DNA of 63,496 nucleotides, filler included, from Craspedostauros australis (lineage: Eukaryota), in the NCBI GenBank assembly GCA_030167865.1. It is 10 parts of 10 records of this genome, joined end to end, with 100 filler letters (N's around TTAATTAATTAA, not from the genome) between each part and the next. Parts side by side here need not be neighbours in the genome. Positions count along the whole stretch, not along the records: positions 5,881 to 32,186 come from JALAGF010003292.1; positions 32,287 to 37,742 come from JALAGF010003293.1; 8 more parts are not named here. The stretch is one strand, 5' to 3'. Positions 23,101-33,919 of this stretch are shown piece after piece. Made by a program: the position numbers and the translations under genes. Below the pieces are notes generated by a model. The model ran no database searches and was not told where the DNA came from. It was given only the letters and a program-made list of their open reading frames with translations. How positions within the stretch are numbered: position 1 is the stretch's first letter; each line of letters starts with the position of its first letter.

Positions 23101-24636
23101 CTTCCTTGAGAGGGTGTCGATGTCCTGACAATGCAGCAGGGCTGTGAGCCACGCGGTCATGTCTGGCAGCGACAGGTCTGTGACGGTGATGTGCTGGAGT
23201 GTCCGGTCGTTCTGAGGTTGGATGCTGTGATGGGACACCGGTGCGGGTGGTGGGGCGTCCTTTTGATCGCCGGCTTTGTTGTTGTTGCTGTTGTTGTTGC
23301 TGTTGTTGTTCTTGGCGCCTCCCTCATCGTCGCCATCTGCGTTGGGCCCGAATCGGCGCAAGAAGGATGCCGACAACGGATGTTCTGGTGACAGCTCCAG
23401 CACCTCGTCGTTGTGGGGGTTGGTCTCCTGTCGGATGGCACCCACGAAGAGGAAGTTCTTGAGCTCCGCGTCCTCCAGGAGGCTTGCCAGCAGGCGCAAG
23501 GCCACGCCGGATGACCACTGCAGATCGTCCAGGAACATGTACATGGGGCGTTCCTTGGTGGAGACGGCCTTGATGAACTGCAGGAAGATGTACTGGAGCT
23601 GGTTCCAGGAGGTGTCGCCCAGCAGCTGGGTTGGCGTCATCGTCAATGCCGCGGCCGCATCGCCGGCCTGGGTCTGACTGCCGCTCGTGCTTCCCTTGCT
23701 GCTGCTGGTTTCAGCTGAGTACTTGCTGCGGCTGTTCTGGATGGTCGACTGCTGCGTCCTCGAGCCGTCTTCTTGCATGGTGGTGTTGGGCGAGAGGATG
23801 GAAAGGGCCGGCACCACCTTGATGAGCGGCTCGAATCCGTCGGTGGGAAAGGCCGCCCTGACGCATTCGCGGATCCGGTCGAGCTCTTCTGGCGGTCCGC
23901 GCTTGAGGTGGAGCACGAAGTTGCGCATGGCCTGTGCGATGGCGGAGAAGGGGTCGCTGCTGCCGGTGTACTCGTCGTACTTGCCGCACACCACGTAGCA
24001 GCAAGAGCAGGTGGAGCGGCGGGAGCGATGGGCCGATCCTTGCAGTCTGCTGGATCTGTGCTTCGCGCTTGCGTTGCATGTGCAGCAGGTCTTCAGAAAC
24101 TGATGGACCAGGGCTGACTTGCCGGTCCCGCTGGTGCCCCAGACGATCGCGGCGGGGTACACATCTGACTTGGCGTCGGCCGATCCGAACTTGCCATTGC
24201 GGGAGGCAGGCCTTGGGGGGAGCGCCGTCTTTCCTGTGCGGGTTGCGGTGCCGCCGCTGGCAGATCGCGCTGTTCCCAGGACCTGCCTCTTGATCTCATG
24301 GAGCTGATGCAGCTCGTGCTGTCTGCCAAGAAAGCAGGAGGATGATCGCCATGGGGGCGTGGCGCTGGATCCGCGCCGCTGAGCACTGCTGGAAGCATTG
24401 GATGCATTGGATACATTGGGTGGCTTGGTGGGGTTGTCGACGGCGGAAGGAGATGGGAGGGTGTCCTTTGTCTCCTTTGCCTCCTTTACATCCTTCCTCT
24501 CCTTTACATCCTTTGGATCATTGCCGCTGGGTCCGTCGTGCATGTACCCGTTGTTGCTGATGGTGGCGAGCACGCTGGGATCGTGTGAAATCGGAGTTGC
24601 CTCCACCATTGTTGGCGATTTCACGATTGATGTCAT
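20167..24636 (-). CDS. Large STAND-type AAA_16 ATPase with a helical/TPR-like C-terminus (COG3899-like)
   Basis: Walker A GTSGTGKS, GKYDE...PFSAI, Walker B MFLDDLQW, KTSGNIFF, FAHDHIQKAAY and terminal ALAYELAGEH...YEAWGC. Single exon. First ATG at 24636; the frame stays open upstream through Q/H repeats. Confidence 0.85.
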   Translation of the reverse strand: MTSIVKSPTMVEATPISHDPSVLATISNNGYMHDGPSGNDPKDVKERKDVKEAKETKDTLPSPSAVDNPTKPPNVSNASNASSSAQRRGSSATPPWRSSSCFLGRQHELHQLHEIKRQVLGTARSASGGTATRTGKTALPPRPASRNGKFGSADAKSDVYPAAIVWGTSGTGKSALVHQFLKTCCTCNASAKHRSSRLQGSAHRSRRSTCSCCYVVCGKYDEYTGSSDPFSAIAQAMRNFVLHLKRGPPEELDRIRECVRAAFPTDGFEPLIKVVPALSILSPNTTMQEDGSRTQQSTIQNSRSKYSAETSSSKGSTSGSQTQAGDAAAALTMTPTQLLGDTSWNQLQYIFLQFIKAVSTKERPMYMFLDDLQWSSGVALRLLASLLEDAELKNFLFVGAIRQETNPHNDEVLELSPEHPLSASFLRRFGPNADGDDEGGAKNNNSNNNSNNNKAGDQKDAPPPAPVSHHSIQPQNDRTLQHITVTDLSLPDMTAWLTALLHCQDIDTLSRKLYAKTSGNIFFTLQALEELERKNILTYDQASSQWRWEIPNQGGDGKGNSRSAGLPISHNVIHAIESKLQELPQLLQRALSVAAYIGSTFHITILRDVLQNEQNRVGGLIESDVDGASIVCSEQALSTMLEQAVLERVIRNPIGGTMYNFAHDHIQKAAYGMVPRGRIRDKLRSRIGHCLLEKYRTTQYEEEQLYQDDGGSSANGSRKTKGSTSKKSRPKTTKPSSPQRHQRQKTKGASLQPTHSASSIGTKTPPSPRSLGIDGLLFVAADHLNAVHSKDQMFTIMMNLEVGEKALEIGALESAAEYLQIAFSALRLVRTQPTWIGAMGNNSSSNSNNNNNNNGASQDSDVSPAWNDEHQYDFCLRLYRARCEVELSLNNFEVGYKLGNELLENARLLEDKLPTYFVMAKALGREDRHEEAQALNTRALRALDEFPKRWHAVRVANSLLKISAFMKKHTNDEIVSMPLMTDPSKTYAMKIGADFGVRAHIISNATLMAFNLCKMLLRTIRYGICEESASAFANYGLIMSSTGDQEMAQRCADIAFAILERTNAKSKRGLVSILMTNYISSFNSPFLEQIKQGRQAHYESMGVGEFEMGILNSQFCLGLSMVVGFELEQLIEALNATVKQHITYEVHAQKEMTGELLRSVETLTGRRRIKWPKLEAQARRGINRERLNLAQGGRDSIHFFARTQLAIYFRRYTAAERFFACYNVFASRDPSYFSLVMVPYLSGLFSAGKYRETGNRRHLVTLRNSIKTMRHVGKTRGRNWMHRALLLEAEELSITVKDKRHTKIKHAYNLAIITASQSMCINDTALAYELAGEHCVLNDAEDLVGDHFTNAVEHYEAWGCKIKVDDIMERRGQYVTARHFDGKINPKMVTWKRRNQTIAELFGIASPTNLAGLEIVSRPSLSDTRSRHSISGAFENLPDLSAFASNSASGAFSNSKTGTGYDGNRDDTGSVSGSGDDDDNVSVLTDNSA

Positions 24637-25694
24637 GGGATGATGATGATGATGATGTTGTTGATTGTGATGATGAAGATGGGGGCGAAGATTGTGGCGA
24701 TGATGTTGTTGTTGTTGTTGTTGCTCGTTTTGCTCGTGTTGCCAGTGGTGTTCTTGTTGCTCGTGTTGCCAGTGGTGTTCTTGGTGTTCTTGGTCCTGTT
24801 CCGAAAATGTGGAGGTCTGGTGCGAACCTTTTGTGTTCTTGCGAATTGGTCGCAGAACACCAACAACAGAGAGAGAGAGAGAGAGAGCAGCGCATCTCAA
24901 TCACTTGCGACTCGGAGCAGAGCCGAGAAAGTCAGCATAGACACCAATACTGGGTGCACTGTTTCTCCTCTTTCTTGTTGGTCGTGCTCGTGGATGGTGC
25001 GAGCGTGGTATGTACCCGTTTGTGGTCGTGGCTTCATGGTTGGCGTTCTTGCTGTGGTCGTTGTGGATGGAACATCAGCGTGGATGAGTTGCTCTGTGTG
25101 GTGTGGTTGTCGCGCCAAATACCGAGTCTGTCGGTTGTCGCTCAAGCTGCGGCGCGCGATGCGCGGACCTATGACTGTGACGGTTCTCGTTTCGAGCCTG
25201 GTTCCTTCTCCTCTTTCCTCCTTCACGCAGAGAGCGATGCACAGAGCCCCATAGTATAATAGTTCGTTCATCGTTTCACGGCGAGACAACAACAAGAAGG
25301 GTGCGGCTTCCGCGATAGTCTCCACACAGGAGTGGTTGGGCCAATTTCCACGAGAGCGCAATCCCCGCTGACATGCACGATTGTCGCTCCATGTTTCAGC
25401 AACAAGGTTCTCCTCGACCACCACCAAAGCACTGTGCACCAATCCTCGTAGAGTCCTGTTACGCATAGTCAGGCTTGCACGTGATCTGTGTCGCTAAACT
25501 GCGCAAACTTGCTTGTCGAGGTACTACACGGCGACGCCCGACTTCACAAATCTGCATCTCCCACCTCAAAACTGCGCTTCGCGGTTTCTGTGTTCTGCCT
25601 TCACCGTTCTTTCCCATTCTTTACCATACTGAATCCCGAGGGTTGTCGCTCATCATCCAACACCAACTGTTCCAAATTCGCTCTGTGTCTGGTT

Positions 25695-25720
25695 CGTTTC
25701 GTTATCATGATAACGAAACG
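25695..25720. repeat. Perfect 26-bp palindrome CGTTTCGTTATCATGATAACGAAACG
   Basis: Self-reverse-complementary over all 26 nt with no spacer; intergenic between divergent genes. Confidence 0.95.
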
Positions 25721-26905
25721 CTACGACAGAACTGTCACGTTCCAGGTTTTTCGCCCTGTCTGAGCAGCCTTTCATCTACATTGACATTGCAGTGAGGTCT
25801 TGGTGGATCGCCCACGAGACTGTTCATGGTCTTGGTGCACACAACATCGTCGAGTACGAAGCCGAGCCTACTACGCTGCCACACTGGTTCACCACCAATG
25901 GCCCTTTGCATCCCGCTTGGCCTCTGTTTGGAGCGACTTGGAATGACACGTTGTTTCCAGAAATCGGACCGATCGCGCTCTGCGAAACGGAGAGCTTATT
26001 CAACACTTCCCATGAAACATACATGTCCCGCTGTTGACACACGAGAAGCTTGGACACTGTCTTTAACGAAAGTACCATTCCCGATTTGAAACGCTCCTGT
26101 TGTGTATCCGAACCAAGTTGGCTGGGTGTGTGCAAAGGTTGATGTTTTTGCTCCGCGAGGCGAGCTCTGGAGACGAGCAGAGGTTTTGTGCGAGCCACGA
26201 GATAGAGCAGAGTGTTGCATTTGCGCGGAGTCCCATCGTCTCTTTCTACTCTTAACCTGGATTAACGCACATTGAAGTTCGTTCGGTTTCGGGAATGTAC
26301 ACAGAATGAAGCCCAGCGCGATTTCCACTCCACTCCAATACCGTGCCAACGAATGCCTCCAAGTAATGCAACCGCATTATGTCGGGATTCGTATAACGGA
26401 TACGCTACAGTCAATAAATAGAGTATCCCTTATTTCTCGGGAAGTTGTACCAATCATGTTCTCACAAACTGTTTAACAGATATTTCCCGTAACCTTCACA
26501 ATGCCAAATCATTCACGATCCATTCACGAGTACTCGGCATCAATTTTCTCGCGCCCAAAAATGAAACAAAGGAATGGACGCACAAACAGGAAGAAAGAAG
26601 ACAAGGGAGAACGAAGATTCAGACCGAACTCCAGCGAAACCACAGCCACAGCCACAACCGGCGATCAATGACCAACCACCAACCACCAACCACCAACGAC
26701 CAACGATGGCATGAAGTTCAGTTCCGACTGAAGAGGAGAGAGGATTGAGCACATCGACCTGATCTTTCGTTTCATCTCTCCAAAGGCTGTTTGTCACAAA
26801 CCACAAATTGAAACTACTGCCGCCAATTTCGCACCCACCATCAAATTCACAAGCATTGTATAATAATACATTCGCACAGTGCGTTGAGACAGAGCAGGAG
26901 CGACA

Positions 26906-29900
26906 ATGATGAAACTGATGATCATGAAGACTGATGCAGCGATGGAAAGCAATGGAGCAGCCACAATGGCGGCTGCCGACAATGATGTTGCTTCCCACAA
27001 TGGTGGAAGCAACAGCAACGGCGATGACGATCCGTTCGCGTCTCTGGTAAACTTGCTGGAGGACAGCAACAATCGGAAAGTCAAGAAAAGGCACGGCAAG
27101 GAAAGCCGAGGAACGGAGGCTGTGAGAACCAAGCAAGCCTTCACCAGCACGAATGCCAAGGCTTTCGTCAAGAAGGCGAGGAGCTCGACGTCCAAGCTGA
27201 AGGTCAAAATGAGGGTGAGGAAATCCAAGATGGATTCGCAGGGAACACGCAAGGAGAAGGCGGGGACAAAGACAAAGACGAAGCAGCTGCTGAAGCACGA
27301 ACGTGATCAGGAGGAACAACAACGCTCTCTTCCACTCCCACCTCCACTTCCCGTGCGCGAGACGAAGGGACGAGACAAGTGGGTGGCTGCTGCGCGCGAC
27401 AACTCACTCACCGATAGCTGCTCGATGGAAACCTCTGACGATCACAAGCCTTACAAGGTCCTGATCAGACGCAAGAAGAGTCAACACGGCAAGAAGGACA
27501 AGCAGAAGCAGAAGCAGAAACAAAAACATCAGAAGACCATCACCAACATCAACATCAACACCAACACCAACACCAATAGCAACAACACTACCTTCACGAA
27601 CGACAGCAACAATCACGATAACGACAATGGGAATGTCATTGAGCATGACAATGACGATGGTGGCGACCGACACAAAACGAGGAGCAAGCACGCTTCGGCA
27701 AGCCCATCCCATGCATCTCCGAATGCACTTCCACAGAATCCAATGTCTGAATCGCAGGAACCGCCACAGCTTTCACCGTACGACCCGATCAAACGCAAGC
27801 TCGATTTCGCTCTGGAGAATTGTGAGGCAGTTACGGCAACCACCGGAGCAGTGAATCTCGCACGCAGCAGTGCGGATGGTGCTGGCGATGCTGGCGATAG
27901 AGCAGATGGTGCGGACCAAGATGCCAACAGGAACACCGCAACGACATCTATCGCGCAGGACGTGCTTGCAGATGACTCACTTCGAAACACGCCATCCCGC
28001 AGATCCAAGCGCCTACGCAACAGGCACAAGCTGAGGTCGATCAAACGTGCGCAGGATGCCCAGGAACAGCATAAGCAGTACGGGATTCATGATCAAGAGG
28101 ATGCTCCCACCAAACGCAGCGAAGGACGGAACGAGGACGGTGATCTCGATGGTGTTGCTGTCGATGATTGTGGGAACGACCATGATGCCAGTTTCCCTCC
28201 ACTGGCGGAAGATAGCGACGACGGTGTTGCTTTGTTGAATAGTCCTGCCAAGAGGAACAACTTGCGTTCTTTGAGCGACAGCAGAGAGGGCCATGATGCC
28301 TCCAACATGGACCGCAGAGACAGGTACATAACGTCCCACAGAATGCAGCGGCTTGGCAATGCGAATAGACCCATCTCCAGCCAAAGACGTCCAAACTCGC
28401 ACGAGCTCGATCCAAAGCGCAGACGCATAAGCCAAAGCCCGACTAAGCTGCGAATGCCGTCGTCAGCCGTATCAAAACGTCGCACAAAGCCAGCTTCCGT
28501 GGTGTCGCTGCGGTAAGTCAAGATGTTGCGTCCAAATGGAGTACAGCAAGATGCAGCTTCTTCCCCCATGATGGAATTACTCATATGTACTTACACCCAC
28601 TCACTCACACACACACATCAATCTGTTCATCTTCTTTTCCGAATCCTATCCACCATGCAGGCCGAGTCATTGGGGAGGCGGGAATGCGAACAACTCGCAG
28701 CGACGGTACGGCTTCGAGAGACGGACGCTGGCATCGGCAAGCGCGTTATCGGAAGCCACAACGCCGGGAAAGCACCGTTTCTTCACCAATTCGCAGCCCG
28801 ACGCAAAGCGCAGCGGCAGAACGTCGTGGTCGTCACCAAACCGATCGATGTTCAAGAATCCTGCAGCTTCAGCGGCAGCAACGGGAACGGGAACATCTAA
28901 CTCAGCATCCAAATCTCCGCACACGTTGGCCGCCGGTGCTGATGAAATCTATGCACCGCCAACATTTGTACCCCTTTTTTCTGCACCAAAGATCAAGCCT
29001 TCTGAGCCGCCCCGTGCTTTTGTGACGGATGACGTGTACGACGATGATGACGATGCCACCAATATCGGAGGCATTGCGGTCGCCAGCGGCCATGAGCATC
29101 GCGAGAGCCCCAAGAACAAAAGGGTTGATACCGATGAGCGCGATGGTGGCAGTGCCAACCTCACCGTTCAGGAAATTCAATGTCCCACTTCGCCAAGTGT
29201 GCAAAGACGCATGCCCATCTCAGCACCTCCAACCGCACCGCTGTCACCATCATCGCATCGTGGGTCACCAGGCCGGAGACGCAAATCCAGGCAACCTGCA
29301 GGCGCCCTAGCCACCCGGTTGAAGGTGCTCCAGGACAAGCTCTCCAGTGATCTGGTGCGCCTTCAAAGCGGACGGTACATGTCATCGTCACCATCACCAT
29401 TAGCGGCGACAGCCGCGGCGAAGACATCATCTTTGTCTTCATCTCTTCATTACCGACACAACGTTTTCGAGCTGAATGACCCACGAAGGACGGCGAGGAG
29501 CATCATGGATGTGACCATACTCAAAGAGCCTGTGCCGTGTCCCAACGACGAGGTTGGCGCGGCAGATGCGCGAGTCATCGCCATCGGAACGGCTGTCGAA
29601 AGATCGCCGTTGGCATTGCGTCCATCTTTGAGCGCTGGCCAAGATGGCCTCGCTACCTTCTCCAGTGAAGTCACCGCCGCAGTCATCTTTTCGGCAGACA
29701 CGTTGAAATCAATGAACATCATGACAGGGACCGTTCTACGATTATACAACGCAGTGCAGATCCCACAGATGAATCTGGTGGCAGGTGATGGCGCGAGTAT
29801 GAACAGAGGTGATGGCAGAGAAGACAAAAGCAGAATCACAAACGCAAACAATGCTGCACAGCCAAGCACAACCATCATCTGCGCCGGTCTGTGCGAAGTT

Positions 29901-29939
29901 CAGAATTCGCCAGATTGGACACAGGCAACGCAGGGTTAA
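26906..29939 (+). CDS. Largely disordered protein with a C-terminal SPIDR/DUF4502-like domain; exons 26906-28512 and 28661-29939
   Basis: Intron 28513-28660 (GTAAGT...ATGCAG) joins two long ORFs in frame (CG|G). Many basic NLS-like runs. C-terminal GALATRLKVLQ...IMDVTILKE...VIFSADT...TVLRLY...IICAGLCEV. Gene model solid; family call tentative. Confidence 0.7.
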
Positions 29940-30246
29940 CTTTAGTAATGCTCTTTTCCACAAATTGTACGAACAGTATTATTACGATCTATCGAAACGA
30001 TTTTCTTGCCTGAATGGCATGGCTGTGAAAAAGTAGAGTTGCGTGGACGGGTTGAGCTTTTGCATGCGTTCTTCGCGTCAAACTATTCTATGAAATTCGT
30101 CGATGGTTGTCTCTCACTCGAGTACTGACACAGGTGGATCGTGCTCCATCTCAGAGTACCACACGTACGAGTACGACCTATGCATCCTCTTCACCATCGC
30201 ATTCGTCGTGTATCCATATCCAACCGTCCCATCCTTTCCCCCACAA

Positions 30247-30929
30247 TCACCTGCCAGACTGCGGCCTGGGGAATTGCTGCAGCACGTCGATTTTGAGTTT
30301 GGGATCCACATCCTGCCGACCTTCCAGCTCTCCCGTTGCCATCTCGGCCGGCGGCCCCAGCGCTGCCGAACCCGGTCCGAAGGTGTCCAACCCAGATTCG
30401 ACGAAGAGCAGTGATCGCTTCCGATTCCTCAAGACGGGGATCTTGAGATACCTCAAACTCTTGCGTATCTGCTCGCACCTCTCCATGTTTCGAAGCGATG
30501 ACAACCCGGTGCCGCCACCGATGGATCCCACCCGGAATTGGACGGTCGTGTCGTCGGGCGTGAAGTAGAATTCGCCGATGGATTGCTCTGCCGTTTTGCC
30601 ATCCGTGAAGAGGATGCGGACGTACCGGCCCCGTTGCAGTTGCACTTCGGCCCTGTCGCCGCGGCGGGATGCAGTGAGCAACGCCGTGGGGATGAAAAGA
30701 CGCATCTGTTCCTCCCAATCCAGCGTATTGTTTGGAGCCTCCGAATAGTCCCAACTGAAGACGCGTCGACACATTCGAGGAGTGCATGACAGAAGCATGC
30801 CATGGACATCAAGAATGAAGAAGTGGGAAATTGCATGTGCAGGTCGACGGTGGCGTCAGCATAGAAGTGGGTAGGTGGCGATGACACGCATACGAGGTCC
30901 AGATCGTAGTTGATGCACTCGCGATAACA
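30247..30929 (-). CDS. DUF1499-like protein, 5' end not identified; last exon 30754-30247, probable small exon 30929-30894
   Basis: WDYSE...GRYVRILF...GEFYFTPDDTTVQFR...RNMERCEQIRKSL...PVLRNRKR resembles algal DUF1499 proteins. Candidate intron 30893-30755 (GTATGC...TTCAG). Confidence 0.6.
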
Positions 30930-31065
30930 CTAGTTGTGGAGTTTTGGCCCCTTGTTGCCACTGGTTTGCTTGCTTTTGGGAGAAACGGCGATTGTACATT
31001 TAGAGCTATTTCGTGTTTGCTCTCGCTGATCCGTCTTCTACGTCACAGGGAACGGATTCCACGTC

Positions 31066-31182
31066 ATGCAAAACGAGTCACAACAGAGGAAGAGACATCG
31101 TGCTACTCTTCCTCCGCGAGACAAGATGATGACTGTGGGAAGCAACGAGCACACACGATGCTACGGTGTCATCTTTGCCATC

Positions 31183-31224
<42 letters not shown>

Positions 31225-32186
31225 CAAGCAAGGGGCCAAACTGGGCCTTGTGTCCGCGACGTTGGGATCTGTAGGGACGATGTTTGGAAGAAAGGCTGCT
31301 GGCAATGATGCATCCAAGTCAGAGAAGGGTGGGGAAACTACGGACGCTCAATCGAACACCACCCCCACTGTGCTCAAAGCAGCAACGCCAACCGCAACCT
31401 CCGTCGACCAACGCAATGCCACGACGGCAGGCAGCGGAGCCACTTCAGTCAAGTCCACACACCCCACTCAACACGGCACAGCCAGCGCATGCTCGGTGGC
31501 GTCGAGCTCCGTCCGAGTCGAAGAGAACCAAGCCCGAAGCAACCCTGCCATTGTATCACAGTCCAGGAAAGAGGCGGAAGGCTCAGTATCTGTTATCCCT
31601 GCACTTACTTTGGTCAGAAAGATGCGTGGTAAGCAGGCGGTGGCGGCCTTCGGTGCAATTGCAGCCTCTCAGTCGATGCCAACGTTCTGCAACAATTCTC
31701 TTGGCAAGGAACCACCATCCAGCATTGGACAAAGCAAGAATGCGAGTGCCAGCATCGAAAAGAGCACCATCTCAAGCATTCACAACAATCATGATGGTCA
31801 GGCCACATCCATGGACGTCANGGATNGCGTCTCCAACCAAGCGACGCGACAACAGCATGATGCAGGTCCGAATCGCGTCGCCAACAGCCTCTGCAACAGG
31901 CATCGAGNTTCTAGCGGGAGCATACGTTGCAAACCGTGTGCTTGCTCCAAACCACCTGCAATNGGCNCAAACAACACGTTCCGCATCCTTGTCTTCTGGG
32001 TCCGAGGCCGACCAGCAGTCGAACAATCAACAGCAGGCCAAGAAATTGGCACGAAATGCCCAGCCCCCAGCTGTGACCATGACGCAAGCTACCGACAGCA
32101 TCGAAGTGCGGGCCGTTTCGGTCATAGATGAAGGATCGCACAAGTCGGTCCGCTTCAACGAATCAGACTCGTCCAGCACGCAACAA
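31066..32186 (+). CDS. Low-complexity S/T/A/Q-rich hypothetical protein, partial, with apparent frameshifts and ambiguous bases
   Basis: (CAG)n polyQ tract at about 31184-31222 and overlapping long ORFs in different frames. Several n calls show poor consensus. Runs into the gap. Confidence 0.4.
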
Positions 32187-32286
32187 NNNNNNNNNNNNNN
32201 NNNNNNNNNNNNNNNNNNNNNNNNNNNNNNTTAATTAATTAANNNNNNNNNNNNNNNNNNNNNNNNNNNNNNNNNNNNNNNNNNNN
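32187..32286. other. Artificial contig spacer
   Basis: N44-TTAATTAATTAA-N44. Confidence 0.98.
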
Positions 32287-33797
32287 GGCCAGCTCGCGAA
32301 GGATCACCTCCCGGCATTGCCTGTACCTGTCGAGGTGTCCCTCAAGCTCCGCAATGGAATCGGCATCCCAACAACTGATGGCGGCGCGTTGGGAGATGGT
32401 GGGAGCACTGATGAACATATTCTGCTGCAAGGAATTGATGGGGCGATCCAAGTGTTCTGGGATTACCATCCATCCCAACCTCCATCCGCACACTGTGAGG
32501 AGAGCGATTGGTCATAATCATGCGAGCGCGTGAGAACGAGAGAGATCATGATCGATGTTAGACGGAGTTTTCAGGTGCATGATTCCAACAATACTCAAGT
32601 GTTTCTGTATGTTGCGGCTGTTGATGCCATTTGCACTTACTGGAGTAGTACTTTGAGAAGCTGTTGATGATCACGGCATTGCTGGAGTACTTCAAGGCAG
32701 TGGCTTCTTCTTTTCCAAATGTGATGCCATGGTAGATCTCATCGGACAGGAACTGGATGTTTTGGTCTTCGCAGAGCTTGCACAGTTCCTCCAGCTCGTT
32801 CGGGCTCAGCATGGCGCCAGTCGGATTGCCAGGCGAAGACAGAATCAAACCCTTGATGCGCGGGTCTTTGCGCTCTTCGCGACGACGGATCTCCGCCGCC
32901 AACTCCTTGGCTGTCAGCTTGAACTCGTCGTTGAGTGGAACGGTCGCGATGTCACAACCAAGTGCCGAAAGGATGTTGCGGTAGCACGGGTAACCGCAGG
33001 ATCCGACCGCGACCGTATCGCCAGCGTCGAAACACGCAGAGAAGGCCAACAGAAATCCGCCAGATGACCCGGTCGTCACGACGATTCGGTCGGTGGGGAC
33101 TTCATCCTGCGACAAACCGTATCGATCCTGGTAATGCTGCGAGATCTTTTCGCGCAGAGCGACGAGGCCGAAGGCGTCTGTGTATCCCATGACTTGGTTT
33201 TCGGAGAGGGCGGCAATGGCTGCTTCCGCGACTGGCCTAGGTGCCCCCGTTGAAGGTTGGCCGACTCCGCAATGCAGAACATTCTTGCCTTCTTCCTGGA
33301 GTTCGTTGGCACGCTGAAGGATCTCTGTCCAAGTATGGGTAGAAACATAATGTAGAGTAGATGAAGGCAGTGGAAGATGTGATAATGCGATGGCACGATT
33401 GGTGTTATATGATGGTGTAAGATATGTGGGGGCACGAGTACCTCCAACTTGACGGTGAACATCGTCCTGTTTTTGTGCGGTGGAGACATGCATGTCCGCT
33501 TGAACAAATCCATCCAAGACCATCCAACACCATCGCCAGGAATTGATTCTTCTGCCAAAGGAACGAGGATGAAAACGAAACGAAGAAATCGCGATAGCAA
33601 CACACCAAGGCAAGACGAAAACACGGCACCGACTTCCGACACGCACCCAACACCTGGAAAGGTGCCACCTTGTTGGCACGTTGGCTTCGCAACAGCCGCG
33701 ATGATTCGATGCTCTTCATGGCCGCGCTGGATGTCATGGCGACAACTTGGGCGATGATGGCGATCGTGACGAAGAAGAAGAGATGTGTGGATGTCAT
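32287..33797 (-). CDS. Class I/II aminotransferase, copy B (possibly decaying); exons 33797-33647, 33324-32641, 32492-<32287
   Basis: Near-identical to 5881-7391 at offset 26406. Substitutions cluster in the 5' part, including HCEVGQP->HCGVGQP, KDV->KNV and FQVM->FQVL. Confidence 0.85.
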
Positions 33798-33919
33798 GGT
33801 GACGGCTTGGGCGGTGATGATGGTTGCGGTATGAAGCAGAACGAGAAGACGCACTTGAGTGAAAGGACCTGCAGTTGGTCCTGGGGTGCCGACGAAGTCC
33901 GAAAGGATTTTTTGTGAGC

